Shown here: positions 27,040 to 38,222 of the stretch, in pieces
Layout of the letters: every line of letters begins with the position of its first letter
Numbering within the stretch: the first letter of the stretch is position 1
NCBI GenBank assembly: GCA_030704615.1
Contig: CM060733.1
Coordinates: 57,412,001 to 57,476,000 of the forward strand
Source of the DNA: Takakia lepidozioides
Lineage: Eukaryota; Plantae; Bryophyta
Direction: 5' to 3'
Length of the DNA stretch: 64,000 nucleotides
Notes under the pieces: model-generated
The model's database searches: none
What the model was told of the DNA's origin: nothing
The model's input: the letters and a program-made list of their open reading frames with translations, nothing else
Translations under genes and position numbers: made by a program

Positions 27040-28661
27040 AATTGCTTCCTCATGGGGCCTGCAAGCGTACAATATATGTTAATATACCACCAATCAAACA
27101 CTTTCCAGGGCAGCATTGATTCATTATCCGGCCTCCAAGCGAACAATACCAGTATATGTTTTTGTTAACGACCAGCCGGTAACTGTTGGATAGTTAACCA
27201 AGTGCCACCCATGTTGATTCTGGGTTCATATCTTTCCACCCTTTAAGCTTTATAAAATGACGTAGAGGGAAAAATAACCATCTTACGGTAAAAGAGAAAT
27301 AGATTGTACCGACGCCACGTATTCAAAGCTTACATGGGACATTGAACGCACATACGTGTACGTGGTCCTGTACACAACAAGCGCCGTCAGATTGAGCAGC
27401 AGTAAACCGTTAGATGTGGTGTAAATGCGCTTTTAGTGCGCGGATACAGGGAGCGGATGCCAGGTAACCCTACTCTTCCCTTACGCTCCACGTGACACCT
27501 AGGTTTTCGCCTATATCCGCGCCCTAACGTTATTCTCCCATGCAGAAGGTAATTCTGCCGAAAATTACCTGGACTACCTATAGACTTTGCTGTTTGCGCG
27601 TGCGAGTTCCATTCGTGGAGTTGATGTGGGGCTCGAATATGAAAGAAATGAAGGAACAGGAAAGGCTATGGCCTGGAAGGATCGAGAAAGGAACAGCTCT
27701 CGACGTGGGCAACCCACACACAAGGCCTGGTGTCGCTGCTGGCATTGAGCTTTGGTCCAGATTGTTGTGGTGGTCCACCTCCAGATGAGTATCCGATTTG
27801 GGAAGCGAGCTTTTTATCATGACGCATGGGTTAGCAACGGAACAGTGGGATTCGTTGCCATATGGATTCTGGAATATATCCCTAGGTGAATTGCTACCTG
27901 GCCTTTTCTCTCTCACTCGTTTCTGGAGATCTAGGTGAAGGACGATCAGCAGGCTACGGCGACAGCCTCGCTGTGTATTCCAGCTTTGGCCTAAGCTTAG
28001 GTGGTCTGTGGCGGCAGTGGCCCACTGAGAGCTACCTAGTTTGTCTCTGATCAGTTCGATTATTAGTGGAACCGAACTCGGAAAAAACCTGGCTTAGACA
28101 ACACCTTCCGGGAAGGTGGCCAGCTGCCCCCCATTTCCTGTTGTCAGGAGTGCTGCATTGTTGCATTGAAAGCAGCAAGCTGTGACGTCCAGGCTAGCAA
28201 GCTGCTCCATGCATGTGAAGGAACCATGAAACCTGTGCTGTGCTGGTTATCGGGAGGCCTCATAATAACTTTGGGTAGTTGAGGCAGCATCATCGTGTTC
28301 TTAGGTGTAAAGAGAGGAGAGACTGTAAGTGCTGAAATCAATAGCTTTATACTCTGCAAAGCAAGATTTACAATGCAAGTTTGACCTCGATTCACACATG
28401 TGGGTGTTTCATTGAAGATCAATCTGTGGATAGGAACTACATACTGTAACTGGAAAGGGGGACTCGGGAGTGATCAAGTTGGGCCAAAAATGATCCAGAT
28501 GTTTTCTATGGAAAAAAAACCAGCTCTTTCGACAAGGCCAGGATACTGCATCTTCCCTGTCCGTCAGATCTGGATGATAACTCTTCTCGTTCATCCGCTT
28601 GTTTCATCCATCCAGACCCGGGAAACCACCATATATACATATGTGTAGTATGTATGCATGT

Positions 28662-28665
<4 letters not shown>

Positions 28666-28713
<48 letters not shown>
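28666..28713. repeat. (TA)n microsatellite
   Basis: Uninterrupted TA dinucleotide run of ~48 bp. Confidence 0.95.
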
Positions 28714-28726
<13 letters not shown>

Positions 28727-30023
28727 CTCTGGCACTTGGGGTGACAGCTCACAGTTCAGCGCGTGGAAAATTACAAGTAAAGATATAGGATAACTAAACT
28801 TAAATACAGCTCACAAACAGCTCCACCACACCTACTCCATCCAAAGGACCGCCCATCTCCATCCATCCATCCATGCATGGTCCATTTCGATTTACTAATA
28901 TCCCATCATATTAAGATATAATTATATTTAGGGTAAGAAGTAATTAGGAGGGCCTGCCAACATGAAGCCGTTGTAAACTGGCTTTATTGGATTCCATATT
29001 TAGGGCCTTGCAACGATTCCGTCTATCGTTGGCCACCTATTTGGCCGGGTTCCGGCACCGACTTCCATCGGGGCCGCCGGCGTTACCGACGGAGAACCGA
29101 CGAATCAACACTCCGTCGGACGAAGTTACCCGTGCATGCGAAGGAATAGCCGCGCGGTGGGCCCGCGCGGTTGTATGTCGCGTCGGCGTCGCGCAGCCGC
29201 GGCCAACAGCGCTCGGGCCGCTGTGGGCTGTCCTATCCAGCTGTCCGCCATGGTAGGGTCCTCATATCCGTGTACGCATTGGAAAATTAGTATTATCATA
29301 TCCATTTAATTAGCTGGGAACAACCTTCAGGGGGGTTGTATGAGACCTTAATTGTGGGGTTGTGTGGCATGCCTGCCACGTGCCAATCGCTTAGTTTTCA
29401 CTTTACCCTAACCCACAGCTCCGTCGACTATTGGACGGCGTCCGGCAACATGCAGACGGCAAAGGGGGAAGGACAAGTCGACGGGGACTGGGGAGCAGAG
29501 GTCTGGCAGCCAAGCTGGCGATGGTGTCAGAGGTGCCAGGCGTTCACAAAAGCTGGCCGGCCTCAGCGGGCGGGAGGCTGGAGTAGGCTAAGTGCTGATC
29601 GCACTCTGCATTCTTCTTCATCACCATCACTGCGCTCATTAAATTGGAGCTCCCCCTCCCTCCCTCTGCCTGCAGCTCTTCACGTTCAAGTCATAAAGCC
29701 TTGCAGTGCACTGTGACTCGCGTGCTGGTCCTGATCAGTCTGCTGCGGGCAGAGTTTGTGTGGATGTCCGCCCCTTAGTTCGTACTTCACCTTCCCCACC
29801 CCTGTGTAGCAGGAGCAGCATCAACTTTGGAGTGCTGTCATTTTCCAGTGTGATACTTGGAAGAGTCCGCGGGTTGAAGCACCTCCCTAGCTCGGACATC
29901 CTTGTAGCTGACTGTCTTCCTCTACAAGGTGAGCGTCCGAAAGGTGTGATTGGGGAAGTGGTGGTGGGCTGGCATTTTGAGTAGCTTGTGTGTTAGACTG
30001 TTCAGCTGGAGTTTTCAACCCAG

Positions 30024-30230
30024 TTTCACATACGGGGGAGCTGGGGATGGATGGTAGTTGTGTGAGAGGTTGTCAGGAGGCTTGAAGTAGAGGTGGGATC
30101 GCAGGTTTGTGGTAGGATTCGAGAGTTGGTTTCGCATACGGGAGCTGGGTGCATGGTGGTTTGAGTGAGAGGTTGTTAGGAGGCTTCAGGAAGAGGTGGG
30201 ATCGCAGGTTTGTGGGATTCGAGAGTAGGC
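30024..30230 (+). repeat. ~105-bp tandem duplication upstream of the PME start, probably in a 5'UTR intron
   Basis: CATACGGG.AGCTGGG...GTGAGAGGTTGT.AGGAGGCTT...AGAGGTGGGATCGCAGGTTTGTGG...GATTCGAGAGT occurs twice, followed by an acceptor-like TGTGCAG ending at 30276. Confidence 0.8.
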
Positions 30231-30284
30231 GTGTCCACAGCACGGGTTTGTTTTTTATGTTTGATTCCTTGTGCAGGTTGTTCG

Positions 30285-32839
30285 ATGGGAGAAAAATGTC
30301 GGGGGCGACCCTGCCTGTGGGTTCTGGTGGCCTTCGTGGCATGGATGGGGAGCACCTGCGCTGAGATCGTCTCCACCTACCCTGACGAGCCTGTCAATAC
30401 TGATTTCGACAACTGGTTGAGCTACATTGCGGAGACATCTGACCAAGACGACGTTCCTGCTTCGACGAGCAATGCACCAGCGTTGTCTGCTGGATCCTCA
30501 AGCGCAGTTTTAAGCGGTCATTTGCCCGGCAGCATCTCTTCCAAAGATGAAGATCATGAAGATCATGACGACAAAAAGCATAAGAAGAGTAAGAAGGGGA
30601 AAGGGACGAAGGGGAAAGGAACCAAGGGAAAAGGAACCAAGGGATCAGGAACCACGAGTCCGTTAACGGGCCTGCCCAAGCCTAAAGGTACTCCTAAGAA
30701 GATCACAGTTTCCAAACACGGCAAAGGGGATTTCAGGACGATCAATGCTGCGCTGGACTCCATTCCCGAACACAGCAAGTTTCGACACATTATTCACATC
30801 AAAGCTGGAACTTACGTGTATGTCCCGGCGCACACTTTCGATTAGCTGGTTGTTTTTTTTGTAGCTGTCTGAACCTTGGCGCTTTGAAGTGATTGCTAAC
30901 GACTTCAGTCGATTCTGAGATTGGCGTGGGGTGTTCATTGCAGGGAAAAAATCTTCATCAATACATCGAAGCCTTACATCACATTCAGGGGGGACGGTAT
31001 GTTCAACACCATCATTTCTTGGAACGACACTGCAGGTGATTTTGATGACCAAGACGTGCTTCTGAAGACCTACAAGAGCGCCACAGTAGGTGTCAATTCG
31101 GAGTTCTTCGTCGCCGAGAATATTCAATTCAGGGTATTGAATCAAGCCCGCAACTTTTTGTTCTGGACATCTGGTCAAACACTCCAGTAGATGTTTCATT
31201 GTTCTTATTGTTGAGTTCTCGTCCAGTTTTACACATGTTTCGTTTTACGGAGGTGGGCCGATTCTGTATGATAATGCCAAGTGGTTTTGTCAGCCCATTC
31301 TGCCACTCAAGATTACGCAATGGTGCTGTAGATCGCTGAGAGTTTGCTTCTAAACAGCGTGCACAATGCTCCTCTCCATGTTGTAGTTCTGTAAGCTTGC
31401 ATGATGTGTAAGTCGTCTTGCCTTGAACTTCGTTTTTTTTATACGCATTATGCAGGAGTAACCTCTAACCTCAAGAGTTGACTTGTGCAGAATACCGCAC
31501 CATCACCACCTCCAGGTGCAGTACTGAGGCAAGCCGTTGCCTTAAGAATAACTGCTGACAGGGCAGCATTTTACAATTCCTCCTTTTTCGGTTTCCAGGA
31601 TACTCTGTACGATCACAGAGGCCGCCATTACTTTGAGAACTGCTTCGTTCAGGGCTCTATCGATTTCATCTTCGGCAATGGCCGCTCCCTATACAGAGTA
31701 TGCACCACTTCCCCCATCTACTGCTTGCAGACCAAGCAGTTCTCGTTTTCTCTACACGGTTCCTCCTGACATTATTTTCCGCCTCGCTACAGATTCTAGT
31801 AAACTGCCATTCCTTCCTGATTTTAAGTTCTGTAGAATTTTTTCCTTTGTTTGAATCTTCAAAGCAGCTTCCATGGCGATCTGCGTGACTGCACTGTCCA
31901 TTTTGGGACCATTAGCGTTGGCCGCGTGGTGGTCCCCTCACCACGCGGTCCGTTGGACCGAAGAGATATCCTTCAATCCCAAACGCAACGTAACGCTGGT
32001 ACGGAGACTAATCGCCAGCTGGGAAAGGGCCAACTGGCATCCCTCGTCTGACCGGCTTTTTCCCGTAACCAATCACCGGGACGGGACTGTCCTCTTGGGA
32101 CATTTCACCCCTTATTGCCGGTTCTCCCGGTGGCACCAGCACCTTCGTCGTATCGTAGTCGACCCTGTTCCCGTTGTGATTTTGTGACTGATGATGTTGT
32201 CTCTCCGATTACAGGGATGCAAGCTGCACGCTGTGGCGGATACCTTCGGTTCACTGACTGCACAGAAGAAGAACGAATCTCGCATGGACACTGGTTTTTC
32301 TTTCGTGGATTGCTCTGTTTTTGGAACTGGTATTATTTATTTGGGCCGTGCTTGGGGTAACTTTTCTCGCACAGTGTACTCATATACCTGGATGGACAAC
32401 ATTATCTACCCTCCTGGCTGGTCAGACTTCGGATTTCCCGACCGTGATCAGTAAGTACTTAGAACTCTTTTGTAGATATGAGCTGTGATCTGTGGCCAGA
32501 AATTCCTTTCTGTTTTTGTCATGTGCCGATGAGTTTGGTTGTTCTAGTGCACTTGAGTTTCTGCAGTTCGTCCTGTGCATTCTCTTTGCTGCTCTACACC
32601 CGGATTACTTCTTATTTCTTTTTGCACCTGGAATCGTCCTGACACGGTCTTTGGTGGTGTGGAGCAGAAAGGTATTTTATGCCCAATATCACTGCACCGG
32701 TCCTGGCGCTAGCACTGTTCAACGAGTCCCATTTGCACGCCAATTGACTGCAGTGCAAGCTAAACCCTTTTTATCTGTGAACTTCATCAATGGCAAAAGC
32801 TGGTTGACACATTACATTAAGACGCCCAAGTTCACGTGA
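30285..32839 (+). CDS. Pectin methylesterase (CE8), type II without PMEI pro-domain (445 aa, 5 exons)
   Basis: Exons 30285-30817, 30944-31133, 31491-31697, 32215-32450, 32668-32839. Signal peptide; motifs [55 protein letters not shown]. Confidence 0.95.
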
Positions 32840-34404
32840 GCAGTTATTTTTGAAACGCCGAAGCCAATTGTTGCCCGGATTGAGTTGCAAACTTCTGCTT
32901 TGAAGCGGTCGTGAGTGGGGAGAAGTCTCCCAGCGGATCGTGGATGTTGCCTCTTTCGATTGGACGTTAGTCATGTTAGTCGGTCATGTGATCACACTTT
33001 TGTACCCGCATGGTCGTTTGCCAGACTTGCGAAGGCTAGATATTGACCAGCTAAGTTAATTGGTCCTTCAGTTGTCTCAGATCCAAGGAGAAATCTCCAT
33101 ATATCTAACAATGCTCAATTGTAATCTGATGTTATTGTGTTGGGGTAAGGAGGGAAGTAAGAAGCTCAAATTTGAGATCAAAAAATCTTTCTTTCTTGCC
33201 AGTGTCACAAACATTCAATAGCAGTGAATTACAGTGATCTGAATAAGGAGGGAAGAAGCCCAATTTGAGATAAAAAAAACAAGCTTTCTTTCTTGTTAAT
33301 GTCACAGAAACATTGCATAGCAGTAAGCTAAATTGTGTAACACGACAGGGCAGATTGGTTGGCTGTGGCTCAATAGGGCTCAATAGGATAGGAAAATTAG
33401 CACTGTCAGGTGCTTCCATTGCAGTGTTTGATCTTGCCCAACGATTTAAATCAGAGTTTCTTGCCTTTTCATCTCAAAAATAAACTCACTCACGCTCTTG
33501 GTCTCCGCTACCTTGAATCGGATGTGGTGAACTCAGATGGAATTATCGCACCTGGCTACTAAGTATCTCACTTTAGCTGTGTGAGTGTTCAAACAGAGGT
33601 CTTTCACACCGTCTGGATGAGCATTCAATTTGCAATGTATCACGATGCTGTTGTCTAGAAATGCTTGTCCTGTGTCATTGCCGATGTTGCAATCTCTCTC
33701 ACGAACGTCAACCTCTACAGTAAACCATGTGCTTGCATGTTTTCCCTGTGAAGTAAACTGCAGGACCAGGCTTTCTACATCCATCAGTCTGAAGCAGACC
33801 TCACCCCTTGGGGTTTAATTTGGACTAGTAAAATGGAGAGACAGTAAAAAGACAGGACTTCTGCAGTCTTTTTGGGGAAATCGTGGAGGTCACAGCTATG
33901 TCAGCACATCACTTGCTTAAAGATGTATGAAGTGAAGGAGGTGAGCTCGATAAAGGGGGACACATTACAAGTAAGATTTGAGCTTGTACCTTTGAAGGAC
34001 CTCTTAGATGTTGAGTTTCTCTTCAGTTGGACAAGGATACTGTATATGAATGTGTCATCCGTTGTACAATCAGCTCAAGAGCATATGAAGAAATGCCTTG
34101 CTTCTGACAGATGCCAATGGAGTATGCAGCCCCTCCCTGTTGGTTATCAAATGCAAATTATCTGACATATTCTTGACGTAGTTGTGTGACATGAGCTCTG
34201 GAGCTCCAAAATACAACATCCAATCACGAAAAACTCATTGATTAATCTCTTTAAAATTTGCTGCATGATTATGAAGCTGGTGGCGCAGCAAAAGAGACAG
34301 GAAGCCATTGAGGGTTCGTTTGAAGAGTTCTTGCAGAAACTGGACCATGTGCAATGCATGAAGCTCCTCTATCATTGGTCACTGTCCTCGCCTCTGAATT
34401 AAAA

Positions 34405-34490
34405 TTATTTCACGCCCAGCTCATATTCTGGGGTGCCTGGAAACTTGTGCATCCCTTCATCGATCGAGTCATGAGGGACAAGCTACAAAT
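34405..34490 (+). pseudogene. Isolated CRAL-TRIO/Sec14-like gene fragment
   Basis: Translates as LFHAQLIFWGAWKLVHPFIDRVMRDKLQ, matching the Sec14 C-terminal pattern (P.IF...WK.+.PFID..T..K+). No other exons were recognised. Confidence 0.5.
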
Positions 34491-34692
34491 CAATCATTTC
34501 TGAATTCTTCTGAAATTATTCAATGTCAAACCATCCAAAGGCAAAATGGCAAGTTCAGAAGTGGTGATGCAGTTCAGCAAGGAGCCATCATCCCTAGCTG
34601 TTGTTAGGGGTTGAAAATGCATGCTTTATGCTAGAGGAAGAGAGAGTATTCCCTAATTGAAATCTAATGTGAAATGTCTCCCTTCAAACCTC

Positions 34693-35780
34693 AATAGGGT
34701 AGCCTGTGTCATTGGCCCAAGTGTCCAATGTCATCTAAGTCCAAGTGCATCAATATATGAAGCAAAGCCATATCTAATCATTTTTTTCCCATTTGAACCG
34801 GAGACCTTTCCCTTGATATCTCCAAGTGCAATCCCTATATAAAGTGTGTCTCCTATGTCGAGGCCCAAATGTGACCTGTAGGATAGCTTGTGCCGTTGGC
34901 CCAAATGCCTAGTGTCATCTAAGCCCAAGTGCAAGATCTCATATGTATCCTACTGCGTCTCCCATGTAGACGCCCAAGTGCGACCTCAAGTGTTTTTCCA
35001 ACACTTAATTTTGTAATTTAGTTGAATTTCCAGAGACCAAATTTTATGAAAACAAGTCGACGCACTTGGGCCTACTCATCGATGGCTTTCCAACGGTACC
35101 AAAATCGTGGCCAGAGGCCCAACGGTTTGGGCGATCCCATCGACGCTACAAAACATATTGTGAACGCCAATATTTTAAAATGACCAATTTACATTTATAT
35201 CCACGTGCACAAAAGAGAAATGAAGGGCCAATCATTGTTGCCGGATTGAAAGCCCACCTTGCCATTTTTCAAGAATTTCCAACGACCAAAAGTACTTGAA
35301 ATTTGTTTTAGGCATATCTAATCCATTTTTTTTTCTAGGGTAGCATGTGTCGTTGGTCCAAATATCCAATGTCATCTAAGTCCAAGTGTAATACTCTCTC
35401 TATCCAAGTGTGTCTCCTGTGTTGAGGCCCAAATGCGACCTCTAAGGTAGTGTGTGCCCTTGGCCCAAGTGTCCAATCTCATCTAAGTCATCTAAGTCTA
35501 ATCGTTATTTTTCCACAGAACCTACGACCAGATTTGAACTGGAGATCTTTCTCTTCATATTTCTCCTATCGAGGGTCCAACTTGTCTCAGGAATGCACAC
35601 TTTGCAATTTTTCGGGAATTTCAGCGACCCAAAGTACTTGAAATTCCACATTTCCACATCTCCCACACCGCAGGTCCAAAAATCGTGAGACCAAACCCGT
35701 GCACCCCTCCTCATCGAGGGCTTTCCAACGGGACCAAGCACCAGCACTGGGCCTCGCGGTTAGAGACATCTCAACGCTAC
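34693..35780 (-). mobile_element. Non-autonomous Helitron-like repeat family, copy group 1 (ends at a Gypsy LTR at 35781)
   Basis: Repeated GGCCCAAGTG..CAATGTCATCTAAG subunits and CTAGGGTAGC.TGTG.CGTTGG.CC motifs (minus strand: GGCCAACGGCACAGGCTACCCTAG, resembling Helitron 3' ends). Homologous to 45707-47460. Confidence 0.6.
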
Positions 35781-38222
35781 TGTCACGGACATAGTCCAGA
35801 GGAACTTACCAGGAGTAAATACCAGAAATTATCAAGTTACCATGTTACCGAAAAGTATCGTGATTTATCATGATCTACCATGATTTACTATTAATTATCA
35901 TTAGTTATCAAGTTACCGAGAATTTACCAAATTACCGAGAGTAACTTGAAAAACTGCTCAGGAAGCTTTCTTTGGTTGAAACTTCTCCATCAAGAAACCT
36001 TCATTGGGGAAGCTTTTTAGGGAACTTCCTAGTAGCCAGTATATATAGGAGACGAGACTGGACACTCTTCAGTCTCGCCAACACAAGTTCAAGCTATTTT
36101 TGTTTCCAGTTCCAGTACTTCAGTCCAGCTTCTAGTACTCTAGTTCAGTTTCCAGTATCTGGTACCCCAGTCCAGTTTGCAACATTCCAGTATTCGAGTC
36201 GAGTTCCAGTATCTTGTACTCTTGTCCATTGTTATAAATATCATCTTGATTCATGTTTATCCATCATGCATTCAGCCACGCCGACCTTGACTTCTTGTCT
36301 CGTCTTGTACCTCTAGTCTGATATCTTGTTTGTGTTCAGTCATGTTCTCGTCCTTGACAGTTTGGTGAGACTAAAGTTTGTTCCTTAGTTAGTTAAGATG
36401 GAAGGCACATTTGCGGAAATGGTCGCCACATTGCAGAATCTTCAGCTCCAAATGCAAGAACTTCGTATCTCTACCGCCCAATTACAAGCTGATCAGTCTC
36501 AAGATCTTGGCAACGCTCTCCACAATTTGCAACAACAAATTTCAGAGTTAAAGGAGTCGAACAATGGATCTTCAACCATACGAGTCCCTACTGGAACAGC
36601 TCCTACTGCAACGGTTCATCTTCAACAGATTACGAGAGAACCAAAGATCAACACGTCCGAGAAATTTGATGGGACGAGATCAAGATTTCGCGGTTTTGTT
36701 CAACAAGTACGATTATTCCTACGACTACATCCACAACGTTATCCCAATGAAGGTATTCAAATAGGATTCATGGGCACCCTTCTATCAGGCACTGCCCTAT
36801 CTTGGTTTGCACCACTATTAAAAATAAATTCGCATTTACTTTACAATTTTGAAGCGTTCATGTCCGAGTTCACTGCAACGTTTGGGGAAAATGATAAAGA
36901 GAGAGTTGCAGAGACAAAGATGCGAGATCTTCGACAGGGAGCACGCTTCCGTTTATACTACCGAATTTCGACAACTTGCTTGCGACCTCGACTGGAATGA
37001 GAAGAGCCTCATTAGTCAGTTTCAATGTGGGCTAAAAGAGGATGTAAAAGATTATTGCTAACAATGTCAAACGTGAGCACGCTGAGTGAATTCATCACCC
37101 AAGTCATTGCATGCGATTATCGTTTGTTTGAAAGACGTCAAGAGAAACGATTTGAATGGTCGACGACGCATCATGCCGCTGCTAATACGACATCAAACAC
37201 AACGATCCATCAGACATTCGGTAGTGATCATATGCAGATTGATGTTGTCCGATTCAAGCCGTTGACGCCACAAGAAAAACAAAGACGGCGCTCGAATGAA
37301 TTATGCTTCTATTGCGGAGAAGAAGATCACATAACATTAAACTACCCCAACAAGAGAAGATTCAAAGCTCGGGGCGCACTCAACTGTTCCATTCGAGGAG
37401 GTCGGAAAACGAAGATATCCAGTCACAGTAGGGACCATGCGGCTAAACACCACAAATTCATCACCAAAAAAATGTCTATTTCTACTTTCAGACACTACAC
37501 CTTGCTTCACAGTTCCGGTAAAAATCAGAGTGCAAAATCGAGATATCTCTGTAAAAGCACTTTTGGACTCAGGGGCTTAAACATGTTTTATTGACAAAAA
37601 CTTTGCGAAGCAACACAATTTAACGCTCGTAAAAAAGAAACTTTTGGCCCCCGTTGAAGTCATCAATGGACGACCGTTAATATCAGGAGATGTTGACCAT
37701 GAAACTCGACCACTTGAAGTGAAACTTAATATCAAACATCATAAATTATTCTCAATGTCAACCAGTTTTCAACGAATCATGTGATCATTGGACTTCTCTA
37801 GTTCGTAATTCACAATCCTGACATCGACTAGCGATCGCGAAAAAGTTCTGCAAGACAAAAATGTAGAAATATCAAATATATTCAACCCTGTTCCTTTGGA
37901 GCTAGAAGTTTCATGAGAGCTACTAAAAAAAATTTGACATCTACACTTTATGCGACTCTAATCAAGACCACAACAGACAAAGGCACTTCAACATTACCCA
38001 CTCAATATCAAGATTTCAAGGATGTCTTCAAGAAAAAAAATGCAGACATATTGCCAGAACATCGACCTTATGACTGTGCAATTAAGTTACAAGAAGGGCC
38101 CAAACACCATTCGGTCCAATCTATAACTTATCCCAGATGGAGTTGGCTGCATCACATGAATATATTGAGGAAAATTTGTCGAAGCACTTCATCCGACATT
38201 CAAAATCACCTGCGGGGGCGCC
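35781..38222 (+). mobile_element. Ty3/Gypsy chromovirus (Tf1/sushi/Tcn1-like) 5' half: LTR, gag, protease, start of RT; decayed
   Basis: LTR 35781-36359 (TGTCA...TGACA). Gag from 36398 with EPKI..EKFDG.RS.FRGF, LLSGTALSWF, MQID, LCFYCG..DH; protease ALLDSGA region ~37555; LP.QYQDF.DVF...[12 protein letters not shown] and SKSPAGA at the RT start. Stops and frameshifts present. Confidence 0.92.

Noticed and set aside
27433-27527. 18-bp imperfect inverted repeat as a mini-MITE
   Set aside because: Two mismatches, no clear TSD and no second copy in the window.
27580-28620. Possible L1-type LINE 3' remnants (also 51000-53050)
   Set aside because: Only vague Trp-rich fragments; not enough to call.
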